Assembly: GCA_905178155.1 (NCBI GenBank)
Contig: CAJINV010000016.1
Span: 1-64,000 of the forward strand
Length of the DNA: 64,000 nt
Direction: 5' to 3'
From: Amoebophrya sp. A120
Taxonomy: Eukaryota; Protista; Dinoflagellata
In this document: positions 49,662 through 62,437 of the stretch, piece by piece
How the letters are laid out: each line of letters starts with the position of its first letter
Numbering within the stretch: the stretch's first letter is position 1
Made by a program: the position numbers and the translations under genes
The notes under the pieces: model-generated
The model's database searches: none
Seen by the model: only the letters and a program-made list of their open reading frames with translations
Told to the model about the DNA's origin: nothing

Positions 49662-50723
49662 TAAAGGAAAAGTCGCGTCGAGGAGTTTTGGTTAGCGTTG
49701 TAGCGCTGTTGAAAGATAATATTCGAAAGATCTTCGCATCAACTTCGTCCTGTCAGATAGATGAACTGGAACAAGTGCGGCTACCTGAGAGACAGATGAA
49801 CTAGAAGTGCGGCTACTAACTATTCATCAAAGTCGGCGCTACTTCCTCCTGAAAAAAGGAAAAACCAAAATCCTCCTCGATGTTAATAAGTCGATCGGTT
49901 CTTTCCTGATCCTGAAGCTGTTGATGATGAAGATCCAAATTGGTATGTGAATAAACCAGTGGAAAATAAGAACCTGACGACAAGATTTCCAAAGGATCAT
50001 CGCTCTGCCTCTGGCCTGCTGAAATGAAAGACGAAGATCAAAATGATCCACAGTTTGGCCTCGCCCGATGAAATGGAAGAGACAACGATCCCTTTGGTCG
50101 GTTTCGGTCGTAAACGAATCGAACTCATTGCGGAGGGGAACAGCAACAAGTCAAGCCTTCAGGAGCTGCGACTTGCTTTTGTCTGGGAGGGTAGCATCAA
50201 AAAATAAAAGCATCCAGCGCAAGCACCTTCCACGTCGAGCTTGCTCAGTCGTATGTTGTTGAAAATCTAAATCGCAAACTGGACCGATTTTCAGATTTGT
50301 TTCTGGGTGTATAAATCGCAAACTGTACCTACAAGATTGACGAGAATTGATTGAGCTTCTAACTCAGCAGGCTAGAAGCGAGTGCGCTTGTACGCTATAT
50401 ACAACTATTTCCAGCATTCTTCGACCTAAAAATAAAAAAGTCATTCTTCTTCAAAGTAGATTCTGCCTCTGTATTTTGATTCTTTCAACAAGGATAAAAT
50501 CTCGCGAGTGTGCGTTTTCGACAATCAAGACAAATCATTTACATTTTGATCTAGTGTGAGCCTCCAAGTAGTTCTGTACGAAATTTGAATTGCCTGTACC
50601 TCAGGAGCAAAGCCAAAAAAAATTTACACAGCAGTAGTATTTCTGGTTGTAGCTGAACAGGCTGATAAAAAGTACGTCTGCATATATTAATCTTTGCCAG
50701 CACGACAAGAACCACCAGCAAAA

Positions 50724-51932
50724 ATGATGCGTAGCTCGTCCTGCGAAAAACCCCACATCATGAAGAAAAAAAAGTCGGCGCTCCTACTCGGGTCGTGTAG
50801 TCTGACTGGAGGTTACGTCGCGGCATTCTTAGTCGGTTTACTTTCGATTGATGTTGCTGCCGCTGCGGGGCCTACATCTGGGTCTGTGGGGGCCTCATCC
50901 CGCTCTACTTCGTCGTCGTCTTCTCGTAAAGCTCGTCCCTCGTCCCGCCGTCCAAGTCCATCCCGCGTGCGCTCGACTGGTACCACGGGGACGAGACAAG
51001 CCGCACTGGGAGAACGCGGAGAAGGGCCACAACCCGATCTTGTCTCGCGTCTCGCGACAAGCTTTCTCGGTCACCTGAAAAAAAGTACAGAGAATTTTGC
51101 GCAGTGGGTGAAAGGACCCGGGATTCTTCACGCCGATCACGGCAAAGCATTTGATTCTTTGGCCCGAGTTACCGACCAATTTCACGATCAAGAATGGGAC
51201 CTCGGCTTGCTGATGCCTCTGTATGACCACATTGTGAAGATGAGCCACGATCATGGCCCGTTTCGGGCCCTGGAAGTTTCCTACGCTCACGATCAGGAGC
51301 GCCTGCCATTCCAAACGCCGGCCGCGTCGGGGCTGTGGAGGTGGGTCCGCAACACGTGGGAACGGGCGTCCCAGGAAGGGGGGCGCATAACGGAGGTACC
51401 GCTTTTCACGGCTGAGCAGGGTCATCAACTGAAGAAAGGTAGCCTGGAGGTCGTGCGGACCACTCACAAACTGCAAGCAGACCCCCGATTGCTCGACGCC
51501 GCACCTAACACTAGAACGATCCTTCTCGACAACGCAAACCAGTCTGCATGGGAGAAGTTTGCAACCTCAAAGGAGTCTACGTTTGATCTGGTCTACCTAC
51601 GCAACATAGGTTGTTCCTGCCTGTCAGATGGCTTCGGTGCCTGTAAAGGTTCGGGGAAATGCTCATACATGTGCGGTTTTGCTCCCGCAAACATTGACTT
51701 CTGCCGCCATGTGCCGCAACTCGCGGACCAAGATTCGGAATGCTTCCGAAAAATGTTGGAAGCTGTGATGAAGCTGCTCAAGCCCGGGGGCCACCTCGTC
51801 CTGGCTCAAGCTCACAAGGGGGCCATGGATGCGCTGAATGATCTGCGGGAGGGTATGTCTTGGAGTCACCAGAAAGAGTCTTTGGAAAAACAGCAAACGG
51901 AGAAACTCCAAATGGAAAATGAGCAGGTATAA
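50724..51932 (+). CDS. Intronless, putatively secreted protein with class I SAM-methyltransferase-like C-terminus
   Basis: Hydrophobic N-terminal segment; TFDLVYLRN and LEAVMKLLKPGGHLVL motifs. Confidence 0.55.
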   Translation: MMRSSSCEKPHIMKKKKSALLLGSCSLTGGYVAAFLVGLLSIDVAAAAGPTSGSVGASSRSTSSSSSRKARPSSRRPSPSRVRSTGTTGTRQAALGERGEGPQPDLVSRLATSFLGHLKKSTENFAQWVKGPGILHADHGKAFDSLARVTDQFHDQEWDLGLLMPLYDHIVKMSHDHGPFRALEVSYAHDQERLPFQTPAASGLWRWVRNTWERASQEGGRITEVPLFTAEQGHQLKKGSLEVVRTTHKLQADPRLLDAAPNTRTILLDNANQSAWEKFATSKESTFDLVYLRNIGCSCLSDGFGACKGSGKCSYMCGFAPANIDFCRHVPQLADQDSECFRKMLEAVMKLLKPGGHLVLAQAHKGAMDALNDLREGMSWSHQKESLEKQQTEKLQMENEQV

Positions 51933-54449
51933 TCCACTTTCATTTGGCTGCAGTTCCAGTTTGTAATGTATGTCTTTTCTGAAGTTCCCAGTCGGTAGAT
52001 GAGAAAAAATATAGATTTTTGGCAGCTTTGCCTTTTCTTGCGAGCATCGCTATATGACGTCCGGCGTGTAAGAACGGGCCCCTAAAACTATTCTTGTTCT
52101 TCAACATCTATAGTAAATTTTGGATTTGGAACAAGAATTTTCTCGTCCCGAATCCAAAATTTAACAACGCAATCAAGCATTCCCATCTACTCCGTCAACT
52201 ACTGCAGGCTTTGCGGCCCTTCCGCGAACTGGTTGCGCGCCAAAGCGCAGCGATCCGGGAAATCGTGAAGCCGCATGTCGACAAGGGTGTTTATATTCGG
52301 GGGAGTATCACGACCGGCGTTTCCAACCTGCGTAAAGATAAACTTAGTCCCGGGGAGCTGCTTCCGCAAGTGCTCATCGCGCAAAAGAAAACTGACCCGA
52401 CGCTGCAGTCCTCGCCAGCGGTTGCGGAAGGAGCGTGGCAGGAGCGGATTGTTTCAAACAGTATTTTTCAGGGGGAGTTAACAGTATTTTCGGCATGAGG
52501 TGGGAGTTATTTATCGCAGCTGAAATAACCCAAACCACGTGCACGACCAACATCACCGTAACTCTAGCGCAGCCCACTTGTTCCGCAGGAGAGCTACTGT
52601 GCCATTCTGAAGGAGAACTAGTGGCTTAACACGTGGCCTGACACCTAGTACTTCTTCTTGCTTCTCTGATTTATTCTGACAACTAGTATGCTGATTATAG
52701 AGCCGGTGATTTATTCTGACAAGTAGTACTTCTTGCTTTATTTATCTCGCGGACGAGGAACGAAGACGCGGCTCAGCGGCTCCGAGCTGTATTTTTCTTC
52801 TCGCCAGAGTAGGGGCAAGGTAACCAAAGCTATTGGATGACTTTAATTTGGATGGAAATGTAGTATAAATTTTTATTTACTTTTAGTAGTTATGCAACTA
52901 CAAAGGTGTGTTGCAGCTGTAAGTTTGGAAGAACAGGTGCGAAAAGAAGATGAGGAAGAGGACAACAACTATTGGAGGCTGTCCTCCCTGTATTTCGCCG
53001 GATAGAATTAAAAAGCAGAAAGAACTTCATCTAAACGTAAACTACACGCACACCTTTCTCTCGGCTACAATTTTTGAGGGTTTTTTTTTTCGCCAACATT
53101 CCTCTATTTTGTTGTAAAGAGGTTTTGCTTTTTGGAACTCGAACCCGGACCCAAGCCATGGCACGCCCCTGCCCCAGCAATGCAGTTTGATGATAACCAC
53201 GATGATGAAGATGATGCGCTCTGTACAACTGCAAGCGCAAGACCAAGTCCAAGACCAAGAATGGCTGCAATGTGAATGAGAATGGCCTGCACCACGAGGG
53301 ATGCGGCTGGGAACAACATTGCGAAGATGAAAGGCGGGTCGAGCCTGGTGGTGCCCTCCCTTTAACTTCAAAAACAAAGAAATATGTTTGCTTTTTCTGG
53401 TGTGTTTTTTCCTCGGCGAAGATGAAGAGTGTGTTTTTTCCTCGGCGAAGATGAAGAGGAAAAAACGAGTTTTGAATTATCTGAACCGAAACAAAGCATG
53501 ACTCTCTGGACCTTTCGACAGGCTTTTGGGAAAACATCCGGCGCGAATCTTTCTGCTAGCCGCACTGCAGGTCCTTGCTGTTCCAAATATCCAACCACGC
53601 GATCCAGTGTTATACGATCCTTTCCATGTTCATAAGTTATTGAAAGAACGCGTACTTATAAAAGCAATCTTCGCACTGGTGCTGCAACATCACACACGAT
53701 GAAATATTGTATTCCGTTTGATGAAAGTACAATGCATGATAGACAAAAGAACGGTATCTATAAAGGAACGAGGCCGTGTCGTCCTCCTCGATTGATTAAG
53801 TCAATTGGTTTCTTGATCATGAAGCTGAAGATCCAAGTTTGTATGTGAACACGGTGGAAAACCTGCTGACGACAAGAATTTTTCAAAAGGATCGCTCTGG
53901 CCTGCTGGAATGAGAGATGAACATGAAGATCAAGATCCACAGTTTGGCATTGCACGCAGTGGAATTGATGACCAAGATAATTTCGGGCTCTTCGGAAGGT
54001 TTCGGATTCGGTCGTAAATAAAAATAAATCGAATTCAAGTTCTTGTCCACCTTAGTACAGCAAGAAAACAATAGACAAAGACATTAAAGCTGCGCAAAGC
54101 ATTTTCATCAGTGGTGCATAGTCATAGACAAGAAAAAAGCGCTGCTCCGAAGCGCATGATATTGCAGCACCACCTGATTTTCATGTAGAACATAAATTGA
54201 TTTCATCTGCTCATGACTTTCTTGCATTCTATTTGTAAGCATGCACAAACCCTAATTTTGATTACGTACACGTCTGCACCACCTGAATCATTTTAATTTT
54301 CGCGTTTCATTTTTTATTTTTTGCAACTTCTTGTTCCTGTCCTCCGACGACGTGCCGATATTTTTATCTGATAATATCGTCGAGGAGCGGAGCCATTACT
54401 TAACACTTCCATTACTAGGAGAGGAAGGTCAGGAACACCAATACGAAGA

Positions 54450-57400
54450 ATGGCGTCTTTCGCTTCGACGAATTGCTTGGCCGCGCGCCGGGGGCAGAGC
54501 AAGAAGAATATCAGAATGTCGCTGCTCTCTTTTCTCCTCGCTGCTTGTGCCGGTCCTCGTGTTTTCTTCGAATTTGAGTGCAGCTTTGTTACAGCCGTAC
54601 ATTTGCAGATTTCCGCGCCTGCTTCGAGTTCGAGATCATCGGCTCGTGGTCCACAGATGAAAAAGAAACTGGATGGCACTACCACGGTGGATAGTACAAG
54701 AACGTATGTGGAGTGTTTGTGGCGAGCAGGGCAGGTGCAGGTTGAGTGCCATCGCAGTGGCACCTCGTTGGACGCGATGGTTAGAAACAGTGGTATGGTC
54801 AAAAAGGAAGAATCTCCGGCTGGGGCGGCCGCCGTAAACAAGCGCTCCGGTTCTCGGGGAAGGAAAGGCAGACCGCAGAACAAAGGTCGTACCGGCGGGA
54901 ACAACTCTCCCGCGGCCGGCGAAGGTTCACGTTCAGCTGGTGGTGCATATGATCAACGACAGGACCCGGAACCGCACCAGCAGCCTCCCGCACTACAAGG
55001 TGGAAAGGATTCCGTGCGCTGGAAGGCAAGGGAGATCAAGGCCAGTTGCGATCGCCTCCCGGAGAATGTTTTTGACAAGGAAGGGGCTTTTTCTAACGAT
55101 GCAACCACAACCATGAAAAAAGTCGCACTCGACAAGTTCAATCTGACGGCACGGCCGTCATCGATCTCCGCCTACCACGGCTTTGCGGTGCTGTGGCGGG
55201 AGCTCGGGCGCGAGTCCGAGTACCACGTCGTGAAGTCCGCGGCGCGCTGTCTCGCCGCCCGGCAGGCGTTCGAGAAGGGAAAGTGTGCGGCGGTGTTGTA
55301 CCCCAACAGCCAGAATCCGCTGCACGCGTTTGCCGACAAACAATGGAGAGATACTGGGTTAATAGAGAAGGTGAGGGACGCCAAAGAGAAGGTGATCGCC
55401 CCGGTCGAAGATCACTTTCGCGGACTCGTCCAAGCGTCTCGCTTCGAGGAGCTCGCGGAGAGGGCCGCTGGCAGCGTGGAGGCTGCAGATGCACCGAGCG
55501 TAGCGGGGGGCTGTGTCACCGAGGACGACTACGAGGAAGATGCAGGTGTGGACCGGGACGCGACGGCAACCGAAATCCGGGAGGCGGCGAAGCAGGTGGA
55601 GGCCGAGAAGAGACGCGCGAAAGCAGGGCAGGCCGCCGCGAGTACGAAACAGCAGCACGAGCAGGAGGAGAAGGATATGGCCGAAGTGGAACGTTTACTG
55701 CATGATCATGAACAGGTCGAAGAGAAGAGAATCCGTCTGATATCGCGAGGAAAAATTATCCCCTCACCTCCCCACGTGCTGCAAAAGGATGTAACTAGGA
55801 CGAGACTTCTCAAGCAAGATTTGTGAGTACTACAAACTGGCTCTCGATATTGCTACAACGAGGTGGCAAAGGAGAAAGGCACACTTGCGGCCTGGTTGTA
55901 CCGGCAATTTCTTGTCAATGTGCATGTGGGCCACCACCAGTGTCTCTTGTTTACTGACATGTCACCAGCTTGCTTTCTGTATTCAAAGTCAAACCCAGCA
56001 ACAGAGGCAGATGAAGTTGCTATTGCTTATTGAGAATCTCTTAAATGGTGGGGGAGATAATTTTTCATTTCGATATCAAATTGAGGAGAAGGTGGCCCAA
56101 TACGCAAGACAGGAAGAGGAGCAAAAAGAGCGGGGTCACAGAGAGAGAATGAAATACTTGTTGGAGTACAAAAGGCGGAGCGCGAAAGCAATAGAGAACA
56201 TTGATCCAATCCTCGCCCTAAAAAGCGCGCGCACAAAGGAAAAAAGGAACAAGATCATTTACGAAGATTTGCCACAGCAGGCGGTGCTGCAAGGTCGCTC
56301 CCGGGAAAGCGTCGAGATGGAGAAGAGGGTAAGGCAGCATAAAAAGGCCAATGTGGAAGAGCTGAAGATCTATCTCGAGCGACTCTGTGGCACGAAAGCC
56401 ACGAAAGATCTACTTCTACGAGGCACTGAGACCACTTGCGATCCGGTCTTGCGCAAGGAGCACATGCAGACGCGGCTCGCCACGCTTGGTTGCGCGCGGT
56501 TTTTCCGCGACGACGAAGCCGCCTTCCTCAATTTTACGACTCCGAACTTGGAGGATCTGTTAGAGGACCGCCCGGAGGACCTCCGTGCGGCTGCTGCTGC
56601 GGCAAATGATAAAGCCGAGCTTTCCGGGGGTCGTGACGAGGCACAGCAGGAAGACGAATCCAAAGTGTTGTGCTTTTTCTACGCATACAAGGGCTTGCGG
56701 GCGGCGTATCGTGGGAGCGAAAAGTGGTTTGGGGCTCGGGTGTTTGGTGCTATGGAGCAGCGCAGAAACAAGGACAAAGAATATGCAACCAACCCGAACT
56801 TCCAGCACTTACCAGCCCCGAACCTTGTCGAGACGATGGAAAAAGACCCGGCCCAAAAACTCGCGATGGGTATTCTGAAAGATTGGAAAAGAAAATTGGT
56901 GGAGTTGGACGTCGGCTTCACCAAGTGGATGGAATCGAGTGCCACCGGCGCTGCTATTGTATTCAGGAACGATAGTGGTCTCTTCACCGTCCGAGAAGAA
57001 CAAGAAGAAAAGAGACACGAAGCAGAGGAAGAGGTGGGCAGCCTGAAGCTGCGGCGGCGTGTTGATAATGTAACCCAGGCTCTGAAATACGAGTCGGAGG
57101 GCCGCGCGGGCCTCTACCATGCTTGGGACACAAATCTGGCCTACACCGAGCAGGCGGAGACCGAGGATGTACGGAGGCGGTTGGAAGACGCAGTCGAAAA
57201 TAAGTTGGCCATGCTTCCTCATCAGCTCCTGGAGAGCGCACGCGGCGGCGCATTCGCGCTGCGGACATTACGGCTGGAACCTGATGCAAAGGATAAAATC
57301 GAAGCAAAAAAGCGATATTTGCGCGATGCCGCGTCAGTGTTCGTCGGTGCAAGTGTCTTGGGGTGGAAGCTTGCCGCGTGGAACGGAGCTGACTTCGAGG

Positions 57401-57645
57401 AAGGAGAGACTTCGGAGTTGCGGGAATGGAAGGAGCAAGCAAAACGCCCCGCAAACAAAAACGAGGAAGATAGGCACAACGAGCGGGACTTCTTCTTGCA
57501 CAATTTTCAGTTGCATCGCAAAATGGCGCAGTCGATACTCGGCGGCCCCAGTCTGGGATCGCTTGATGTGCACCTGGCGCTTCGAAGAGAAGCAGCGGCG
57601 TACGAAGCGAAGCTCCACCGAGCAGAGCAACGCGAGGACCCTTGA
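54450..57645 (+). CDS. Large hypothetical protein (signal-like N-terminus, charged helical regions); 1 introner
   Basis: ORFs 54450-55826 and 55885-57645 join in frame when element 55741-56075 plus one repeat copy is removed. Confidence 0.7.
55741..56075. mobile_element. Introner, family E (diverged)
   Basis: Inverted repeat gaaaaattatcccc/ggggagataatttttc; direct repeat tctga/tcaaa. Confidence 0.82.
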
Positions 57646-60267
57646 CGTGCTGGTTGCAACAAGACAAGCTCCAGGCCCAGCTCGCCCACGCCCGCCGTGG
57701 GCTGCTCCGACACAATCAAAAACCTAAGCCCCCTCCACTGCTTGATGATAGAGATTCGTATCGATATCCTGGGAGTTGTACAAAAAACGCGTGGCACTGC
57801 CTCATGTCGGGCCGCCACAAACAAGTGAGGAACAAATTGTTTCAGATTTTCACTAGCCAAACCAAAGCTGTAAAATATCTTCGATGAACTCCTTGTCCCT
57901 CATATGTTTTATGGGTTGATGTCGACGAGAAGCGCGTGATCCATGCGTAAATCGTAATAGATCCCACTTACAAGTAGAATCACGATCGGCAATTCAAATT
58001 CTAGGTCTGAAAGAAGTCTGTTGCGCCAGGCGTTGCGATTTCATTTCATTTTGATGTGTTTTTTTCCATTGCGGAATGGCGAATCACGCGCACGCTGTTT
58101 TGCGTAATGATTTTGCTCTGCGCAATTGTGATTGAAGAAGCAAAGAGACAATAGAAACAGTGGCACACCACAAAGATTTTTTGTAAAAAAATGGCGCGGC
58201 CTCGAAGCCGGCGATGAATGATGTAGTTGTCGTGTCAAACACACGACAAATCGCCTCAGTTGCTCTCCTGTGTAGTTGAAATTGTAGATGACACAGGAAA
58301 ACGAGCAGAGAATTATTATCATCTGCGTTATTTCATCCTCGAATTATTCTTGGATTCTCATGTGAGTTTTTCGTTTCTCATCTTTTGATCCATATGCCAT
58401 ATTCCATCCATAATCCCGAAAATCATCAGAATCTTGAGAATTCCAGGTTTCAATTCTTTGTTTCCAAAAATCATGATAATTTTCTGTTGATCAATTTTAC
58501 GCTCTGGCGCATCCGATGAGGGAATTTGGGTGGAATTTCGTGGAATTTCTCGGAGAAAAAAATTTCTCAGCGCCAGACCCGGAGCGTAGCAAACAGCCGT
58601 GCGGTCGCTGTGTGAAAGATTTTTCCGCAGGGACAGCAGCCGGCGTGTTCTCTTGCGCAGGTTATCGGGGTAGACTACCCGCGTCTCGTTCTGTCCAAAT
58701 ATGGGGGGCACATAATAGCAAGCGTGGGGAAACAGACAGCAGCGTCGTGCTCTTGAGGGTAGTCGAATCCCGATAACATGAAGCCTATATCTTGCGCCAA
58801 TTATTCGCAGCCCTGGACCCGAACTGCCCACGCAGGGCAAAGCTGTAGCTTTTTCGCCTGTTGCCCCTATTTTGGCGCCCGGTAGTGCAATGTGCCGCTT
58901 GGGTGTAGTGCCATATGTATCGGATATTTGTGCCCCGGACTTTGGAAGAGTTGTGTTGTCTTGTGGTTGATTCCGGGTGGGTCGCGACCTAGGTCGCGAC
59001 CTAGGTCGGAGGTCGTGTTAGTCCTCTGGATCCTCATGTTTGATATTTGCCAGAAATTTGTTTTCTTTTTGTTTTCCTTGTGTAGGAAATTTGTCTGGAA
59101 TTCATTTGGAATTTATCTGGAATTTGCCAGCCACGACGCTATGACGAAATTCCCGAATTCTCTTAGCGAAATTCCAAAAAAATTCCAGACAAAATCCAAA
59201 AAAAGTGCTTCGAATTCCAAAAAAAAACCAGCAAACTCCAAGGAAAAAGCCAGCAAATTCCAAGCAAATTCCAAAGAGTTGCATTTGGAAGGCAGGGGGT
59301 CCCGCGAACGTAGCCAGGGGCCTCGCCAAGGAAGGAATCCGAAAGGGCAAAAAGAAAACTTCTGTGTGGTCCTTCTGGCGTATTCGCCGGCCATTGGCGC
59401 AGAATTTGTGGCCCTTGTCGGACCCCACGCATATGGTAATATTGGAGGAGAGGCGCTGCATGGCTTCCGACTGTTATTGCCCTCATGCGGAGACACCCCG
59501 GGCGGATTTTGCTTCTAAAAGCTCGCTAAAATTTCCGGGATTTCAAAAATTCCGGGCGCCCTCTCCGTCTTGCCGCGGTGATTCTCGTTCCATCAGTCGG
59601 AGGGCCCCGGGGCCATTTTGGGCGCTAAAAAATTGCTAAATTTTGCGCGATTTTGAAAAAGTCCGGAGGCCGGCGCGTGATTAAGGGCGTCGCCTTTTCC
59701 AGGCCGGCCCGCCCCGTTTTGGCATTGGTGGTGGTGGGTTGCCTGCTCCGCCCCGGCAGCTGTGCGCAGTGGGCCCGCGTAATATTTCGCGCTCTCTCGG
59801 GCCGCCTCCCCTCCACCATTGAGACGCTTCGCGCGGGGCCGCGTTGGTTTTCGGGCTTCGCTGATTTTCCGCAGCCGCGAAGCCCTTGCGTTGCCCGTTT
59901 TCCTTTGTGGGCCACCGGGGCGCCCGGGCTTGGCAAGCACCACGCCGGCGGGCGGCCTAGCGAGCGCGGCCCCTCGTGTCTTTCCCGGCTCGGGTCCGAT
60001 GGGTTCCCGATGTCGGTAGGAGGCTGCTCTGACCTGGGTATTTGTTGGGTCCGGGCGCCGGGGATGTTTCGGCCCTTTGGTTAGCAGAAGGCGCGCGACC
60101 AGAGTCGTGCAAAAGGTCCGGGCACAACCATTGTCGCATCCTTCGCGAATTGCTAAAATGCCCGCTAAATCCGGACCGCAGGCGTTTTGGGAAGGATTTT
60201 GCGTTTTCGGCAGTTTTGGAGAAGGTTCCGGGCCCTTCACGGACCGCGCAGCCGCCCTTTTCCAGCA

Positions 60268-60431
60268 GGAATTTAGCAGGGTTTTTAGCAGGCATTTTTA
60301 GCACCCAAATTTGGCAGGATTTTTAGCAGGGATTTTTAGCACCCAAATTTAGCAGGTTTCTTAGCAGGATATTTAGCACCCCCAAAATAGCAGCCTATTT
60401 AGCAGCAAAAATAGCAGGAATTTTAGCAGGT
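60268..60431. repeat. Degenerate (tttagcagg)n repeat
   Basis: More than 10 tagca-containing units. Confidence 0.8.
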
Positions 60432-60786
60432 TCTAAAATTTGCCGCATATTCGGGACCTCGCGGTCGTGTTGTCTGCAGTGATCGAAAGATTGCCGGCTG
60501 AGGTTTTGCATCGGGGGCGTGGCTCCTTAATGAAAAAGGGGTGAGCCGGCTCCTTTGATTTTGGGGCCGCGGCAGTGGGTTATCTGGCTCGGGCCGCGGG
60601 GTGTGTCGTTCCTTGTGTTGCGCACCCAATACCGAAACCCGGCGCCCCGCCACGCCCCCGCCGGGCCGCCTCTGTTGCCGCCCTAGCGTCGTTCCTTTGG
60701 GAGGTTTCTGGCTTGGCACTTTGGAAAAATAAGAAAAAAAATAGCGCGAATTTAGCAGGCCCAACCGCCCCGGGCCCTCCGGCTGA

Positions 60787-60979
60787 GTTCCAGACGAGTG
60801 GCAGGGCGCCCCGTCGCGCCCTGCCCAAGATCCCCGGGCTATTTTGCTTCGGAGGCCGGGCGGTTGGTCGGTGTTTCCTTGCNGTTCCAGACGAGTGGCA
60901 GGGCGCCCCGTCGCGCCCTGCCCAAGATCCCCGGGCTATTTTGCTTCGGAGGCCGGGCGGTTGGTCGGTGTTTCCTTGC
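60787..60979. repeat. Exact tandem duplication of about 97 bp joined by a single N
   Basis: Two identical copies either side of n at 60884; possible assembly artefact. Confidence 0.75.
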
Positions 60980-61489
60980 GCCCCGGCGCTCTGCGATGTG
61001 ATTTAAAATTTAAAAATTTGGGCTGGTTTCCGCTTCAAAGGGCTTCACCAGGTTGAAAAGTATCTTGTTTGTTATTTCGTGGATTGGCGTAGCTTTGGGG
61101 TTGCATAGGTGGCAAGGCGCTTGGGTCATAGATGGGGAAGCAGCCTGCACCACACAGATGCGAAGCGGCACGTGTTCCGCGCACGCCGCCTCCTCGCATC
61201 CCGAAGAAAGAAGTGTTTGTTTGTCGCTGAGCGGAAGATGATGTTCTCGTTTTCGAACATGAACATCATTTCCATCTCACAAACAAATGTCTTGAGTGTG
61301 TGGTCTTTCATGTTCTTCCCGTGAGCCGGAACCGGAAGAATCTTCCGGTTCGGCTTCCGGTTTTGGTGTCCCGGATTCTTCTATTCCATCTTCTAAAATC
61401 GCCAAACAGGCGATTTTCAATGGGATTTCGCCTACCCGGCCACTTTAGAGGACTTTTAGAAGTCCGAAAATGGTCGGGCGGGCGAAAGA

Positions 61490-61712
61490 ATTAGAGGAAT
61501 TTTAGAGGACAGATTAGAGGCGCACTTTAGAGGGAAAATTAGAGGGGATTCTAGAAGGCTCTTTAAAAGGGCAAATTAGAGACGCGTTTTAGAGACGCGT
61601 TTTAGAGGCGCGTTTTAGAGACGCATTTTAGAGGAGTGTTTTAGAGACGCATTTTAGAGGCCACTTTTAGAGGACAATTTTAGAGGCCAGGATTAAAGGA
61701 TAGATTTTAGAA
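61490..61712. repeat. Degenerate (ttttagag...)n repeat, unit about 13 bp
   Basis: Repeated ttagag cores. Confidence 0.85.
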
Positions 61713-62337
61713 GGTCGCTCCGCGCGACCGCGAAGTAGCGCCACCTCCATGGTCGCATCGGAATGTCGCGGAAAATGTTTGCAACATTCCGATGCGAGTT
61801 CCATCGTGGTGTTGCCTCGTTCTGCCCCATCCTCTCCTCCACCGCCTACCTTTCTTGGGCTTGCCTTGTCCTCTATGGGTGCTGCTCCCTTTGCGTCGTC
61901 TCTTTCGCTTTCAGCTTGGGTTGCTTCTCCGACTCCATCCTTCCGCTTGATCCTTGCGTGGGCAAATCGGGTTGAGGCTTTTTCGATAAAACCGGAAAAA
62001 TTAGAGGGCTTTTAGAAGTGGAAACCGCCCGGGCGTTTTCCGCATGATTGCCCTGAGAGCCCGCGAAGCTTTATCTTGGTGCGAGTTGGCGCTTACGCGC
62101 TCCCCCCGGGTATCGTTTCTGGCCCATGACACAAAATCGGCGCACCTGGAAAAAAGGGCACGCCGAGAATAAAAAATACACAAAGAACGGCTGGGAGCCC
62201 GGGCGAGAAAACATCGCGCAGGTCTACCCAATGGACCAATGTTGCCAGGGCGAGGGACGTAGCGCCCTGCTGCCAATTTTCGAGACGCAAAATTCCACGA
62301 AATTCCGCTTTTAGTTATCTCATCGGAACGCGTCGCA

Positions 62338-62437
62338 NNNNNNNNNNNNNNNNNNNNNNNNNNNNNNNNNNNNNNNNNNNNNNNNNNNNNNNNNNNNNNN
62401 NNNNNNNNNNNNNNNNNNNNNNNNNNNNNNNNNNNNN
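62338..62437. other. Assembly gap (100 N)
   Basis: Run of n. Confidence 1.

Noticed and set aside
60787-60979. Biological 97-bp tandem repeat
   Set aside because: Identical copies joined by a single N suggest a contig-overlap artefact.
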